From the NCBI RefSeq assembly GCF_006345805.1, contig NC_043016.1, positions 9,424,001 through 9,488,000 on the forward strand: DNA of 64,000 bases, written 5' to 3'. Position 1 is the stretch's first letter; each line of letters opens with the position of its first letter. Below are positions 62,376-64,000 of the stretch, in pieces. Source of the DNA: Octopus sinensis. Taxonomy: Eukaryota. Position numbers and translations under genes: made by a program. Below the pieces are notes generated by a model that was not told the DNA's origin, did not search any database, and saw only the letters and a list, made by a program, of their open reading frames with translations.

Positions 62376-64000
62376 TTGTATTAGGTCTAGGACAGCATTG
62401 CTCCAGCTGACCAGTTACGATAAAGGCATTATTGCTTTTTTGTATATCTGAACTAAATATTCCATGTGTGTTTTAATTTTCTTTTTCTTTGATGTAATTT
62501 GAGGGGAATATGGTTGCTGTTTCTAGTGGGTCAGGCATCATCATAGAGACTGTCTCTATCTACCAGGTCAAGCAATCACATAGAAGAGTGGGCCAGAGGT
62601 GTTGTTGATGAAGGGTTTGAAAATATGGATGTCATTATTTGGTGGATATATATATCAGCACATAAATAGGAAGAGTGAAGTTTCATGAATCAATGACTGT
62701 TTGATGCAGGAATTTGTTATGAGACTCATTGTGAAATATGAGTGGCAAACAGGGGTTAGGCAGATAGAGCAGTAGCAGCAGCAGTGATGGCAGGGACATA
62801 CCACAATAAGGAATTAAGGAATAAACATTTTCAGTAAAAGATAGCTGAACTGCCTCTATCTATGTGCCAGTCTTAGATTCCAGTAATTGAAACAGGAAAA
62901 AAAATGCATCATTTTGTTTATAGAAGCATTACTCTTACTTTTGGAAACTTTTTAAATAGTCAAAAGGTTCACAGAGTGAAAAAAAAATATTTTGCTTTGA
63001 AAAAGAGAAGTCTGATACTTTTGGGCAGAACTCTTTACCAAGATATTAAACTTTGTCTCTCTACTGAGAAAGTAATTTATTCAACTTGGCTAAACTTTTT
63101 GACCAACAGAGATCATCATTAGTTTCAAGAGTCAACCAAGTTGACTCTGATTTCATGCTCAACATTTGAACAGAGAATAAAATCTCTGTTAGTGTGACTT
63201 TTGAGCTTTTTAGGATTATGAGTCTTCTTGGAGCAGTTGGATGATTGGTTAGTTAGCTCCAGATCAACCCTAACCACACAAACATATGATTAAAGACGTT
63301 CAAGTTGTGACCATCCTGTCTGTCATTTAGTCATAGTGCATCTAGGACTACATTCAACTTGAGCTTGATTTGTTTCAAGATATTAATATGAGTCTCTATG
63401 GTGACTCAGTCTGCTATTTTTAGCAAGTCAAATGACAGTGTAGAGGCCCATTCACTGCAGATGGTTGTTTGCATCTCACAAAGGAGTGAGGGTAAAAGTC
63501 TTCTGAAGTTTCATAAAAATATTATATATATATATTAGTGTTCTGCCAACCTTTGAGTTCTGGCCTTCATAGATCCCTCTGGTATTTTTATTTTATTTAT
63601 TCATTCTTTGTGTAGTTTAGTGAAATTCCTGATGTTCTGTCAACCTGGTATCATTTTACAATACCAAAATACAGATATTACAGGATTCACTTCACATATC
63701 CTCCTTTTTCCTACTTTATGAAATGCTACTAGCAAATACTTTTTTTAAAATTTTCTCTTATATATATATTTTTTTTTTTATTTATAATATTCTGCCTGAA
63801 ATTTAACAATAGTATTATGCAAGTTTACAGAAATAATATAATACTGTGAGTAAAGTTTTATTTATTGCTTTTTTTGGGAGGGGTTGTGGTGTTAAGTAGT
63901 AAATATTCTCATCTTGAAAAAAAAAAAAAAGTAACACTTACAGATGCAGAACGGTAACTTAACACGGCACTAAACGTTCTGTCAAATCTGAAGAACAATA

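Overview
AT-rich, repeat-saturated animal genomic DNA. It is most likely an octopus; this is inferred from memory of the tRNA-derived SINE families, RTE LINEs and microsatellite load, and was not checked by a search. Two host coding exons are supported. (1) A minus-strand exon of at least 1179 nt (1179 to 1, running off the left edge and absent from the ORF track) encodes a multi-pass Glyco_transf_22 (ALG9/PIG-B-type) mannosyltransferase. (2) The first coding exon (35784-36275, +) of a nucleoredoxin-like gene; I found no further exon, so the remaining 27.7 kb is probably intron 1. The rest is three SINE families, RTE and CR1-clade LINE fragments, decayed mariner, hAT and piggyBac transposases, two non-autonomous Helitrons, MITEs, Penelope-like fragments, simple repeats and one 100-N gap. 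The most interesting signal is a set of hammerhead ribozyme motifs from several unrelated AT-rich, Penelope-like repeats. One has an intact core and an 86-nt stem II (24990-25100, +). One is an intact minimal motif embedded in a 56-bp foldback that could sequester it (44884-44921, -). Two are decayed copies (10146-10180 and 23124-23234, both -). Nearly all ORFs in the supplied track are microsatellite or repeat artefacts.
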